NCBI GenBank assembly: GCA_039586795.1
Contig: JBDHJS010000027.1
Coordinates: 1 to 64,000, forward strand
Source of the DNA: Gemmatimonadota bacterium
Lineage (GTDB): Bacteria; Gemmatimonadota; Gemmatimonadetes; Palauibacterales; KS3-K002
Length of the DNA stretch: 64,000 nt
Reading direction: 5' to 3'
Shown: positions 14,522 through 24,476 of the stretch, in pieces
Numbering within the stretch: position 1 is the first letter of the stretch
How the letters are laid out: each line of letters opens with the position of its first letter
The notes under the pieces: generated by a model
Told to the model about the DNA's origin: nothing
Database searches by the model: none
What the model saw: the letters and a program-made list of their open reading frames with translations, nothing else
Made by a program: the position numbers and the translations under genes

Positions 14522-16950
14522 TCCTCCCGCAGGGCCACCATCGGATCCACACGCGTTGCTTTCAACGCGGGCACCGCGCACGCCCCCAGCGCCACGGTGG
14601 CCAGCACGAGCGTGATGCCGGCAAACGTGATCGGGTCCGTGCCACCGATCTCGAACAGCAAGCCCGACATCAGCCGCGTCGTGGCTAGGGCGAGGGCCAG
14701 CCCGACGCCAAGCCCGACGCCGGCGATCAGCATCCCGCGCGCCAGAATCCAGCCGAGTACTTGTCGGCGATCAGCGCCCAGTGCCATCCGCATCCCGATC
14801 TCTCGCGTACGTTCCGCCACCATGTACGAGAGTACGCCGTACACGCCAATCCCGGCCAGTAGAAGAGCGACAACAGCGAAGCTTCCAAGCAGCACCATCG
14901 TGAAACGGCGGTCGGCCACGTTGCTCGCAACGACCTCTTGTAGCGAGCGGATACTGAAGACCGGCAGTTGAGGTGCCAACTGTGCTATCGCACTTCGCGC
15001 TTCGCCTGCCAGAGCCTCCGGTTCGCGCTCCGTGTGCACGACGAGGCTCATGCCCCAGTCCTGGAAGTGGCCGAACTCAGCTTGCGGGAGTGTCATGTAG
15101 GCCATCGGTGTGGGTGCAATATCCAACGCGTTGTGTCGGACTTGGCCGACGACCCCGACGATGGTGTACCAGCGAGCCTGGGGGTCTGGCTGACGGTTGA
15201 ACGAGATTCTTCGACCTATCGGGTCTTCGTTGGGCCAGTAGCGTTGCGCGGCGCTGCGGTCGATGACGATGGCGTACTGGTTGTTCGCATCATCGCTTGG
15301 AGAGAATGTGCGACCTTGCAGGACGGGAATGCCGATGGCCCTGAAGTAGTCCCCGGACACCACACGCACGCTCGCCACCGGCTGGTCATCCGGTTCGAAC
15401 GTTTGGCCCTCCATCCAGAAACTGCTGAACCACCAGCTGCCCGAAACCGGCAGCACGTTGATCGCGGCGACGGCAGAGGCGCCGGGTAGCCCTTCCATTC
15501 GCTCGATCAGTTCGTCGTAGAACGCGACGGCCTGGTCGCGCTCTGGTAACGCCTTCATCGACGGCGCGACTCGAAGCGTGAGTCGTCTCTCGCTCTCGAA
15601 GCCCGGGTCGACGGTGAGTAACCGCGCGAAACTTCTGACCATGAGCCCGGCACCGGCGAGCACGACGAGTGCCAACGCCAGCTCGGCGATCACGAGCGTA
15701 CTTCGCACCCGATTGCGACCAGCGCCCACACTCCCACGCGCCCCTTCCTTCAAGGCCTCCGCCGGCGCCCTCTCGCTTGCCCGATAAGCGGGGAGCGCGC
15801 CGAACAGAAGGCCGGTGACGACGATGAGCGCGACCGAGTACCCGAGCACCGCGGGATCGATCCCCAGCTCATCGATCCGCGGGATACCGGATGGTGCCGC
15901 CCGCACGAAGACGGGTATGATGAGGGCGGCAAGCGCCAGCCCGAGCGCGCCACCGACGGTCGAGATTGCCAGGCTCTCGGTGAGCAGTTGGCGGACCAGC
16001 CTGCCGCGGCCCGCACCGATCGCCGCCCGGATGGCCAACTCGCGCTCGCGTCGGGTCGACCGGGCGAGCAAGAGATTCGCTACGTTCACGCAAGCGATGA
16101 GCAGGACCAGGCCGATGGAAGCCCAGATCAACAGCAAGATCGGCTTCACATCGCTGACGATACTGGCGCGAAGCGGTTCCAAGAAGACTCGCCAATCCGA
16201 GTTGGTCTTCGGATAGGCTGATGCCAGTCGCTGGGCGATCGCCTCCATCTCCGCTGAAGCCTCGGACAATGTCCGTCCTGGTGCCAGCTCAGCCACAACG
16301 CCGACCCACCGGGCCCCGCGGCCCCCCATCTCGTCGGCCGGCCGTCCGAACGTCTTCCACAGGTCCACATTAGCGCTAGGGAAGCGGAAGCCACTGGGCA
16401 TGACGCCGACGACCTCGAGCGGTCGACTATCAAGAAAGACCGTCTGGCCCACGACGTCGCCTCGTCCTCCCAATGCGCGCTGCCAGAACTCATAGCTCAC
16501 GACAACGACCCCGTCGTTGCCGGGCAGATTCTCATCCGTACGCAGGGCGCGACCTATTATGGGAGACGTGCCGAGCGCCGAGAACATGCTGGGACTCACC
16601 ATGGCGTAGGCGACGCGCTCCGGCCGATCGCCGCCGCTCAGATTTCCCCGGCCCACCCAGTAAGCGGCCATGTTCTCTAACGTGCGGCTTTCTTCCCGCC
16701 AGTCCTCGAAGTCTTGAAGCGAGGCACCGAAGCGTAGCCAGCCGCGCTCCGGGTTCGAACCCCACACCAGCGTGACCCGCTCGCCGTTGCCGTAAGGCAG
16801 CGGGCGGAGAATTACACCTCGGACCACACTGAAAACTGCCGTGTTCGCGCCGATACCCAGGGCCAGAGTCAATACTACTGTGGCTGTGAAGCCGGGGCGC
16901 CGGAGTAGGGAGCGCCAGCTGTGGCGAAGATCCTGGATTAGATTGGTCAT
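14518..16950 (-). CDS. ADOP-type duplicated ABC permease (MacB/FtsX-like)
   Basis: QDLRHSWRSLLRRPGF..LTLALGIGANTAVFS, LLIACVNVANLLL, RTREIGMRMALGA and ATRVDPMVALR motifs. Confidence 0.93.
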   Translation of the reverse strand: MTNLIQDLRHSWRSLLRRPGFTATVVLTLALGIGANTAVFSVVRGVILRPLPYGNGERVTLVWGSNPERGWLRFGASLQDFEDWREESRTLENMAAYWVGRGNLSGGDRPERVAYAMVSPSMFSALGTSPIIGRALRTDENLPGNDGVVVVSYEFWQRALGGRGDVVGQTVFLDSRPLEVVGVMPSGFRFPSANVDLWKTFGRPADEMGGRGARWVGVVAELAPGRTLSEASAEMEAIAQRLASAYPKTNSDWRVFLEPLRASIVSDVKPILLLIWASIGLVLLIACVNVANLLLARSTRRERELAIRAAIGAGRGRLVRQLLTESLAISTVGGALGLALAALIIPVFVRAAPSGIPRIDELGIDPAVLGYSVALIVVTGLLFGALPAYRASERAPAEALKEGARGSVGAGRNRVRSTLVIAELALALVVLAGAGLMVRSFARLLTVDPGFESERRLTLRVAPSMKALPERDQAVAFYDELIERMEGLPGASAVAAINVLPVSGSWWFSSFWMEGQTFEPDDQPVASVRVVSGDYFRAIGIPVLQGRTFSPSDDANNQYAIVIDRSAAQRYWPNEDPIGRRISFNRQPDPQARWYTIVGVVGQVRHNALDIAPTPMAYMTLPQAEFGHFQDWGMSLVVHTEREPEALAGEARSAIAQLAPQLPVFSIRSLQEVVASNVADRRFTMVLLGSFAVVALLLAGIGVYGVLSYMVAERTREIGMRMALGADRRQVLGWILARGMLIAGVGLGVGLALALATTRLMSGLLFEIGGTDPITFAGITLVLATVALGACAVPALKATRVDPMVALRED

Positions 16951-17134
16951 CGAGCCCTCGCTAGTGTGGTTCGGTGCCCGTGTATGTTGTCTTAGACGGT
17001 GCACTGGCCCTTGGGGTTGGAACGCCGACTCTACTGCGTGGTCTTTCGGGACCCTTGCTTGCAATGGTGGCCCACAATACCCAGTTTCTTGTCGCTAATC
17101 GTTGAATCTCTTCCAGCAAATCGGAGGACGCGTA

Positions 17135-20100
17135 ATGTTCTCGATCCGTTGTAGCGTGGTATTGCATGCACTGCTCGCTTCTTGCTTCCTGGCGACACCC
17201 GTCTTCGCCCAGGAGGATTGGGACGTGGAGGCTGAGCATGGCTCGTCTACGGTCGTTGAGTTCGATACGAACGAAGGCACGTGGATCAATCTGGATGTGA
17301 GCCCGGATGACTCGTGGGTCGTCTTCGAGTTGTTGGGTGACATCTACAGAATGTCTATCGAAGGTGGCACCGCCGAATTGCTATCGGGCGGGGTCTCTTG
17401 GGAGCAGCAGCCGCGCTACAGTCCCGACGGCGCGACGATCGCGTTCATCAGCGACCGGGGCGGAATCGACAACATCTGGCTGATGGATGCTGACGGCACG
17501 AACCGACGGCAGTTGACCGAACTGAAACAGTTCTTGCCCACCGGGCCCTACTGGACGCCGGACGGTGAGTACATCGTGGTGAAACGGCACGTAAAGAACA
17601 CGCGGTCGCTGGGTGGCGGCGAGATCTGGCTGTATCACGTGCGGGGTGGCTCGGGAGTCACGCTGGTCGATCGACTGAGCTACACCTCCGACCAGAACGA
17701 GCCCAGCGTCTCGCCGGATGGCCGCTATGTCTACTACGACTTCACCGGCCCCTTCGACTACAACCGGGACGTGCATGACGGGATCTTCCAGATCAACCGC
17801 TTCGACCGGGAGACCGGCGATATCGCGCCGGTGACGCGAGGCCCGGGCGGTGGCATCCGGCCGATGCCTTCGCCGGACGGTCGTTCTTTAGCCTTTATCC
17901 GTAGAGTGGGGACGAACACGGTTCTCTTCGTTCGCGACCTGGCGAGCGGTGAAGAACGCCCGGTCTTTGATGGTCTGGACAAGGACCAGATGGAGACCTG
18001 GACGGTACACGGCGCGTATCCCACTTACGACTGGACAGCGGATTCGCGGCGGATCGTGATCAGTTTCGATGGTGGGATTCATTCGCTCGACCTGGCGACG
18101 GGCACGCCGGCCGAGATTCCGTTCAGCGCGAGCGTGAGCCAGCGGGTGACCGACGCCCTACACTTCGACTATCCTATCGAAGACTCTTTCCGCTCCCGCA
18201 TGATCCGCTGGCCTACGTTCACTTCAGACGGTGAGCGTGTCGTCTTCCAGGCGGTGGGTCACATCTATCAGATGATGCTGCCCGACGGCGAACCGCAGCG
18301 CATAACGGATTCGGATGCGTTGGAGTACGCGCCTTCGCTGTCACCGGACGACCGCTGGGTCACCTACACGACGTGGGATGAAGAAGAAGGTGGAGCCGTG
18401 TGGAAGGTTCGGCTCCCGAGCGTCGGTCGCACCGCGTCGCCCGAGCGGTTGACCTCCGCGCCTAACCAGTACTCAAACCCGGTCTTCTCGCCGGACGGCG
18501 AGCGCATCGCTTATCTGGCCGGGAGCGGCAGAATCAACCGCGGCGCCGACCTGGGCTCCGAGTTCTACTTGGAGATCCGGTGGATAGATGCGGGCGGCGG
18601 CGAGTCACACCTGGTCACCACCACATCGAACCGTGGGTCGAACAGTCGTATGCCCCGGATCAGCTGGAGCGCCGACGGGCAGCGGTTGTTGTATCACGAG
18701 AGCGGCGGTGCGGGGACCTACCTCACGAGCATCGAGCTGGATGGCAACGCAGAGCGTCACCTAATGGAGAACCAGCGAGCCGACGAGATCGTGCCGTCAC
18801 CGGATGGTCGCTGGGTCGCCTTTAAGGAGTTGCACAACGTTTATGTAGCGCCGCTACCAAAGGCCGGCGGCGAGCCGCTCTCTCTCGAGGGATCGTCTTC
18901 AAGCGTGCCGGTGAAGAAACTGACGCGTTACGGCGGGGACTGGATCGCCTGGTCGGCCGACAGCCGGAGTGTGAGCTACGTGCTGGGCCCGACGGTCTAT
19001 CGTCACGATTTGGATGAGATCTTCGCGGATGACGATGAGGAAGATGATGATGCGGATGAAGACGATGAGGACGAGGGTGAAGACGAGGACGATGATGAGG
19101 ATGACGACGAGGGCAATGCGATACCGGACGGGGATGTATTCGATATCCGTTTGATGATTGATAGGGCGCGCCCGACCGGCACGGTCGCGCTGACTGGTGC
19201 GCGGATCATCACGTTGGTCGGCGACGAGGTGATCGAAGACGGAACGATCGTCGTTGACGGGTCGCGCATAGTCGCGGTCGGCGCGACGGGCCAGGTGCGC
19301 GTGCCACAGGGTGCACGGACCGTTGACGTCAACGGCAAGACGATCATCCCCGGTCTCGTCGATGCCCATGCCCACATGGGGTACAGTTCGCTGGACATCA
19401 ACCCGGAGCGCAGCTGGCAGTACTACGCGAACCTGGCTTACGGCATCACCTCTACGCTGGACCCATCCGCCAGTACGCAGGCTGTCTTCGCCCAAGGCGA
19501 GATGGTGGCCGCCGGCTTGCTGGTCGGTCCGCGGATCTACTCCACCGGCTTCATCCTCTACGGTGCGGAGAACTCCCAGAAAGCAGTGATCAACAGCCTG
19601 GACGATGCACGCTACCACATCCGCCGATTGAAGGCGCAGGGCGCCACGGCGGTGAAGAGCTACAACCAGCTGCGCCGCGACGTTCGGCAGTGGATCATCG
19701 AAGCAGCCAGGGAAGAAGGGATACTGGTCGTGCCGGAAGGTGGGTCGATGTACCAGCAGAACATGACCATGGTGTTAGATGGTCACACCGGTATCGAGCA
19801 CGCGATCCCGATCGCGCCGCTGCGCCGGGACGCGCTCCAGTTGATCGGCAACAGCGGAACGGGATACACGCCGACACTGATCGTCGGCTACGGCGGCATC
19901 TGGGGCGAGAACTACTGGTACTGGCGCGATGACGTGTTCGCGAACCAACGGCTGCTCCGCTTCACCCCGAGCGGTATCCTCGATTCCCGGGCTCGCCGTC
20001 GGATGATGGTCCCTGAGGACGAGTGGGGGCATTTCGAGCTGGCCCGGACCGCGAAGGACGTAGCCGATGCGGGCGGCCGAGTCCAGCTCGGCGCTCACGG

Positions 20101-20410
20101 TCAGCTGCAAGGTCTCGGCGCGCATTGGGAGCTCTGGATGCTCGAACAGGGCGGCATGACGCCGATGGAGGCGCTAAGTGCGGCGACGCTCTGGGGCGCC
20201 GAGTACATCGGCCTCGGCCAGGATGTCGGTTCGTTAGAACCCGGCAAGCTGGCCGACCTTGTCGTGCTGGACGCGAACCCGTTGGACGACATCGAAAACA
20301 CTGCGCGCGTCCACATGGTGATGAAGAACGGTTTTCTCTATGATGATGACATGAACGAAATCTGGCCGGAGGCGCGCCCGCGGCAGCCCTTCCGCTGGCA
20401 GAACAACTAG
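17135..20410 (+). CDS. Secreted amidohydrolase with N-terminal PD40/TolB-like beta-propellers
   Basis: Signal peptide, repeated PxxSPDG, PGLVDAHAH metal motif, GAHGQLQG and GSLEPGKLADLVVL motifs; GGAGG RBS. Confidence 0.92.
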   Translation: MFSIRCSVVLHALLASCFLATPVFAQEDWDVEAEHGSSTVVEFDTNEGTWINLDVSPDDSWVVFELLGDIYRMSIEGGTAELLSGGVSWEQQPRYSPDGATIAFISDRGGIDNIWLMDADGTNRRQLTELKQFLPTGPYWTPDGEYIVVKRHVKNTRSLGGGEIWLYHVRGGSGVTLVDRLSYTSDQNEPSVSPDGRYVYYDFTGPFDYNRDVHDGIFQINRFDRETGDIAPVTRGPGGGIRPMPSPDGRSLAFIRRVGTNTVLFVRDLASGEERPVFDGLDKDQMETWTVHGAYPTYDWTADSRRIVISFDGGIHSLDLATGTPAEIPFSASVSQRVTDALHFDYPIEDSFRSRMIRWPTFTSDGERVVFQAVGHIYQMMLPDGEPQRITDSDALEYAPSLSPDDRWVTYTTWDEEEGGAVWKVRLPSVGRTASPERLTSAPNQYSNPVFSPDGERIAYLAGSGRINRGADLGSEFYLEIRWIDAGGGESHLVTTTSNRGSNSRMPRISWSADGQRLLYHESGGAGTYLTSIELDGNAERHLMENQRADEIVPSPDGRWVAFKELHNVYVAPLPKAGGEPLSLEGSSSSVPVKKLTRYGGDWIAWSADSRSVSYVLGPTVYRHDLDEIFADDDEEDDDADEDDEDEGEDEDDDEDDDEGNAIPDGDVFDIRLMIDRARPTGTVALTGARIITLVGDEVIEDGTIVVDGSRIVAVGATGQVRVPQGARTVDVNGKTIIPGLVDAHAHMGYSSLDINPERSWQYYANLAYGITSTLDPSASTQAVFAQGEMVAAGLLVGPRIYSTGFILYGAENSQKAVINSLDDARYHIRRLKAQGATAVKSYNQLRRDVRQWIIEAAREEGILVVPEGGSMYQQNMTMVLDGHTGIEHAIPIAPLRRDALQLIGNSGTGYTPTLIVGYGGIWGENYWYWRDDVFANQRLLRFTPSGILDSRARRRMMVPEDEWGHFELARTAKDVADAGGRVQLGAHGQLQGLGAHWELWMLEQGGMTPMEALSAATLWGAEYIGLGQDVGSLEPGKLADLVVLDANPLDDIENTARVHMVMKNGFLYDDDMNEIWPEARPRQPFRWQNN

Positions 20411-20446
20411 GCCGGACCCATACAGGTCGTTCCAGGAGGTTACAGT

Positions 20447-22501
20447 ATGTTTTCACGTCTGCGGATCACGGTTGGTGTGTTGCTAGGCCTGGCGGTTCTT
20501 GCCGCGCCGCTCAGCGCTCAGGTGCCGGATGTGCCCGGCCCCTCCTTCAAAGATGTACTCAGTCTGGCGGACATCGGCGGGGTCGCGATATCGCCCGACG
20601 GAAGCGCCATCGCCTACACGGTGACCAGCACGGACTGGGAGGGAAATCGCTACGACACTGAGATCTGGTTGGTGCGTGATGGACACGAGCCGTTTCAGCT
20701 GACGCGCACCGACAACGGGAGCAGCTCGAGCCCCCAGTGGTCGCCCGACGGTAAGTGGCTCGCCTTCGCCGCCGATCGGGGCGATAAGCGGCAGATCCAC
20801 CTGATCAACATCAACGGCGGGGAAGCCTGGGCGCTCACCAAGGCTGGCGAGGGCGTGGGCGGCTTCCAATGGGCGCCAGACGGCACGCGCATCGCCTTCT
20901 CGCAATCGGAGAAGGAGAGCAAGACCGACAAGCAGCGGACCGAGCAGTACGGCGCTTACGCGGTCGAGGATGCCGAGTACCGTCTGACCCACCTCTGGCT
21001 GGTCGAGCTGCCGGATCAACCGGAGGCGGTAGAGGCGACGCGGCTCACCGAAGGCGAAGACTTCACGGTGTCGGGTTTCGAATGGTCGCCGGATGGCACA
21101 AAGATCGCGTTCGGGCATCGGCCCGATCCGCTGATCAACTCGTGGATGTATACCGATATCTCGATCCTCCACGTCGAGAGCGGGGAAGTGACACCGCTCA
21201 CCACTTCGGAGGGTTCTGAGAGCAACCCCAACTGGTCGCCCGATGGCCGCTGGATCGCTTATCAGGCGAGCGGGCCCGAGCTGGGCTCGGCGTACTACAC
21301 CAACGGACTCTTCTACGTGGTTCCGTCCGAGGGCGGAGAGCCGAGGCCCATTGCGGAAGACCTGGACGAAGACCCGTTCATCACCGCGTGGACACGGGAC
21401 GGAATCTACCTGATGGGATGGGAGCGAACGAACCGGCGCGTCTACAGAGTCGACCCGAACTCCGGCCGCACGGAGATGTTCGCCGACAACCCCGATCGCA
21501 TCTGGTCCCTCGACTTCACGTCCGACGGTCGTACGGTTGCCCTGGTTGGCCGCACATCCACAACCCTGGACGAGGTCTATCGGACGTCGACCAACCGCTT
21601 CCGGCCGGAGCGGCTGACGAACATGACCGAGCAGGTTGCGGGCTGGCAGCTGGGTACCAGCGAAGTGATCTCGTGGGCGAGCAGCGACGGCACGACCATC
21701 GAAGGCGTGTTGCACAAGCCTGACGACTTCGATCCGTCACGACAGTATCCGTTGCTCGTCATGATTCACGGCGGGCCCACCGGCATCGACTACCCGACGC
21801 CGGTGCTCAGCTACGTCTACCCCGCCAACCAGTGGCTTGCCAAGGGCGCGCTTGTGCTGCGACCCAACTATCGCGGCTCCGCCGGCTACGGCGAGGACTT
21901 CCGGTCGCTCAACGTGCGAAACTTGGGTGTCGGTGACGCGTGGGACGTGCTCTCCGGCGTGGACCACGTCATCGCCCAGGGAATAGTCGACACGACGCGC
22001 ATGGGCGCCATGGGCTGGAGCCAGGGCGGCTACATCTCGGCCTACCTGACGACCACCACCGATCGCTTCGCGGCGATCTCCGTGGGCGCCGGCATCTCCA
22101 ACTGGGTCACCTATTACGTGAACACCGACATCCATCCGTTCACGCGGCAGTATCTGAAAGCGACGCCGTGGGAAGACAGCGATATCTACGCCGTGACGTC
22201 GCCCATGACGTTCATCAACCAGGCGTCCACGCCGACCCTCATCCAGCACGGCGAGTTCGATCGCCGGGTGCCGATCCCCAACGCCTACGAGCTTTACCAG
22301 GGACTCCAGGATGTAGGTGTCGATGCGAAGCTCATCGTGTACAAGGGCTTCGGCCATGGCATCACCAAACCGAAGGAGCGGCTCGCCGCGGTGTGGCACA
22401 ACTGGATGTGGTTTGGAAAGTACCTGTGGGGTGAGGAGATCGAGATGCCGATCGATCTGGGCGAGGAAGAGGACGAAGAGAGGACGGACTCGAGCAACTG
22501 A
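20447..22501 (+). CDS. S9 family peptidase (dipeptidyl/acylaminoacyl peptidase) with PD40 propeller
   Basis: IHGGP, NYRGS, GWSQGG nucleophile, HGEFDRRVP (Asp) and GFGHG (His) motifs; signal peptide. Confidence 0.93.
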   Translation: MFSRLRITVGVLLGLAVLAAPLSAQVPDVPGPSFKDVLSLADIGGVAISPDGSAIAYTVTSTDWEGNRYDTEIWLVRDGHEPFQLTRTDNGSSSSPQWSPDGKWLAFAADRGDKRQIHLININGGEAWALTKAGEGVGGFQWAPDGTRIAFSQSEKESKTDKQRTEQYGAYAVEDAEYRLTHLWLVELPDQPEAVEATRLTEGEDFTVSGFEWSPDGTKIAFGHRPDPLINSWMYTDISILHVESGEVTPLTTSEGSESNPNWSPDGRWIAYQASGPELGSAYYTNGLFYVVPSEGGEPRPIAEDLDEDPFITAWTRDGIYLMGWERTNRRVYRVDPNSGRTEMFADNPDRIWSLDFTSDGRTVALVGRTSTTLDEVYRTSTNRFRPERLTNMTEQVAGWQLGTSEVISWASSDGTTIEGVLHKPDDFDPSRQYPLLVMIHGGPTGIDYPTPVLSYVYPANQWLAKGALVLRPNYRGSAGYGEDFRSLNVRNLGVGDAWDVLSGVDHVIAQGIVDTTRMGAMGWSQGGYISAYLTTTTDRFAAISVGAGISNWVTYYVNTDIHPFTRQYLKATPWEDSDIYAVTSPMTFINQASTPTLIQHGEFDRRVPIPNAYELYQGLQDVGVDAKLIVYKGFGHGITKPKERLAAVWHNWMWFGKYLWGEEIEMPIDLGEEEDEERTDSSN

Positions 22502-22541
22502 GTCACCCGGACTCTGAAGAGAGGGTCGCAGGCAGAGAATG

Positions 22542-22571
22542 GGAAGAGGGCAGCCGAGGCTGCCCTCTTCC
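22542..22571. terminator. Hairpin terminator between convergent genes
   Basis: ggaagagggcagcc-ga-ggctgccctcttcc. Confidence 0.75.
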
Positions 22572-22611
22572 GTCGCAAGACGGTGGCTGGTCTTCGAGAT
22601 ACGGAAGCCAG

Positions 22612-23151
22612 CTAGAAAATGATCCCGGATGCGGCAAACAGCTCAGAGAATGGCGTTGTTTCAATTGCATTGAACCTGATCTGTTTCGTGTGGAAGTCGC
22701 CAGTTCCGTGACCGATTCCTCTCATCGTTACCTGGTAGCCGGTTGACAGCCCTTTGAAGGGTCCTTGGAACATTCCACAAATGCCGTCATAGCATACGTC
22801 CATAGTGACGAAGCCGCGGACGCGGCCGTCACCCGCGGCGTCCTGTGACCCGTTCAGGATGGCCGTAATCGTTCCAACCAGATCGCCATCGACGGTCCCC
22901 GGAACGATACATTTCTTGAAGTGGTTCGTCCCCGTTGCGGGGTCGGGGGTAACACACTCGGGGTTGATGACATTGGGAAACCCGGGTATTGGGCCGCTGA
23001 CGTCGGCTTCGAAAGTGATGGGCGTTGCTTTCTTGACCGCCGTTGCCGAGGGTGTGATTCCGTCAGCTGACAACTCGGTCGGTGTTGGATTGTCACAGCC
23101 CGCAATGAGAAAGGCCAAGGTAAGCATGAAGAAAAGGGCTCGATGCTTCAT
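22612..23151 (-). CDS. Hypothetical lipoprotein, beta-rich
   Basis: Lipobox LIAG-C; GGGAG RBS; four further Cys. Confidence 0.8.
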   Translation of the reverse strand: MKHRALFFMLTLAFLIAGCDNPTPTELSADGITPSATAVKKATPITFEADVSGPIPGFPNVINPECVTPDPATGTNHFKKCIVPGTVDGDLVGTITAILNGSQDAAGDGRVRGFVTMDVCYDGICGMFQGPFKGLSTGYQVTMRGIGHGTGDFHTKQIRFNAIETTPFSELFAASGIIF

Positions 23152-23155
23152 GACG

Positions 23156-23329
23156 TCACTCCCGGTAGACGTTCTGGATCACGCGTGGAAGATGGATGTA
23201 CTGTTGGGGAGGAGGGGCGCGTCGGGGTTTCAGGAACAGTCTCGTTCTGGAGCAAAACACATAGATAGCACTTGCGGACGCAATCGCAGGCTTGCCTGAA
23301 GGGCAGGGTAATACTCCCGGCACTTCCAC
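23156..23329 (-). CDS. Putative RAPP-motif leader (arrest) peptide, 57 aa: MEVPGVLPCPSGKPAIASASAIYVFCSRTRLFLKPRRAPPPQQYIHLPRVIQNVYRE
   Basis: GTG at the same motif position as copy 1; RAPPP at codons 37-41; stop 4 nt before the lipoprotein ATG. Confidence 0.65.
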   Translation of the reverse strand: MEVPGVLPCPSGKPAIASASAIYVFCSRTRLFLKPRRAPPPQQYIHLPRVIQNVYRE

Positions 23330-23417
23330 GGCTGAGGTCCCCGGTCGGAGTATCCGTTCTCGGCCTCAACCCATCTCCCGAAAATACTAACCTGCGATAG
23401 TATTTGTAATTGTGCAA
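23322..23417 (-). promoter_or_regulatory. Leader cassette copy 3: promoter TTGCAC-N17-CAGGTT plus conserved hairpin
   Basis: Minus strand reads GGGAGATGGGTTGAGGCCG...GGGGACCTCAGCCGTGGAAGT; stem GGTTGAGG/CCTCAGCC kept by pairing-compatible changes. Confidence 0.7.
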
Positions 23418-23511
23418 CAAATATCAATTACCGTTAGCGATAAGGAGCAAGAAATCGAGGGGCTACTGAGAATCAGGGCAGCGAGGAATACTCCTCCACG
23501 CGGGGATCGGC

Positions 23512-24468
23512 CTACGCGGCGAGCAGCCAGGCGATCGTCAGAAGTGCTCCGATCCCTGCGGCCGCCGTCGCCGCGATCTTCGCTACGGAATACGGTGCGG
23601 TACCGAATACCACCCGGGCGCGCTGCCCGCTGATCACCGCCCGATAGCGTTTGCCGCGGTATCGATAGACCAGAACGTACGCCGGCAGCGCCAGGCGGCG
23701 GGTGATCAACCCCCGGAGCAGAGCGGTGACGTGGACGTTCCTGAAGCGATGGCCCGGTACGTGTCGCTGACCGACGCGTTCGGCGGCGAGCTGATCTATC
23801 GCGCTCATCACTCGGCCCCGGGCGAGGCTGCGCTGGACGTCGAATTGCTCCACGGCGGCGCCGCTCGCACCCGCCGGTTCCGGGCGCGCCGTTGAAAAGT
23901 CGTAATCGTGCTCCAGGGCATCGGTCTCGGCTTCGCTGAGCCCTCGTGACGCCGAGACCGCGATACCGTCGAACTCCATCTCCGCTTGCCCGGCGTGGGG
24001 CGCCCAATCGGAGCGGTAGCTGCCCGCATCCGAATCGGCCGTCCAGCTGATCAGGGCGGTGGCGTCGAACACCCAGGCCACCCACCAGAGCGGACGCAGC
24101 GTATCGATCCGCGCCGTTGCTTTGAGGTCCGAGGGCCGGAACCGTCCCAGCGTCGCCAGCCATTCCCGAAGCGCACCCTGCGCCTGCCTCGCGTCTGTGG
24201 TGAACGGAAGAAACGCCTGGGTCTGCTCCATCGGATCTTGCAACGTCTCCAGTCGCATGACCGAACCGCAATAGCCGCAGCTCGGCGCCTGCACCTCCAC
24301 ATCGTATCGAAGGGCTGCCCCGCAACCGTCGCAGCGGTGGACCTCTATTTCCGTGACCGTCCGCGAGTCGGCGACCGCCGGCGCCGCCTGACTGCAGATG
24401 GCGCAACGCAGGTCGCCAATCTCCAGCTGGCTCTCGCAACGTTCACACGTGGTCACGGGCGTGGCCAT
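23512..24468 (-). CDS. Zinc-ribbon membrane protein (YdjG-like)
   Basis: Four CxxC pairs, FLPF, ASRGL, LPAYV...ISGQ motifs, C-terminal TM; ATG 24468 follows the upstream stop. Confidence 0.8.
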   Translation of the reverse strand: MATPVTTCERCESQLEIGDLRCAICSQAAPAVADSRTVTEIEVHRCDGCGAALRYDVEVQAPSCGYCGSVMRLETLQDPMEQTQAFLPFTTDARQAQGALREWLATLGRFRPSDLKATARIDTLRPLWWVAWVFDATALISWTADSDAGSYRSDWAPHAGQAEMEFDGIAVSASRGLSEAETDALEHDYDFSTARPEPAGASGAAVEQFDVQRSLARGRVMSAIDQLAAERVGQRHVPGHRFRNVHVTALLRGLITRRLALPAYVLVYRYRGKRYRAVISGQRARVVFGTAPYSVAKIAATAAAGIGALLTIAWLLAA

Positions 24469-24476
24469 GTCATCAC

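Noticed and set aside
20483..21715. Long antisense and alternate-frame ORFs (also 3670-4641, 23387-24439, 53458-54384, 61375-62301, 48617-49522)
   Set aside because: These are shadow ORFs typical of high-GC coding DNA, overlapping well-supported genes.
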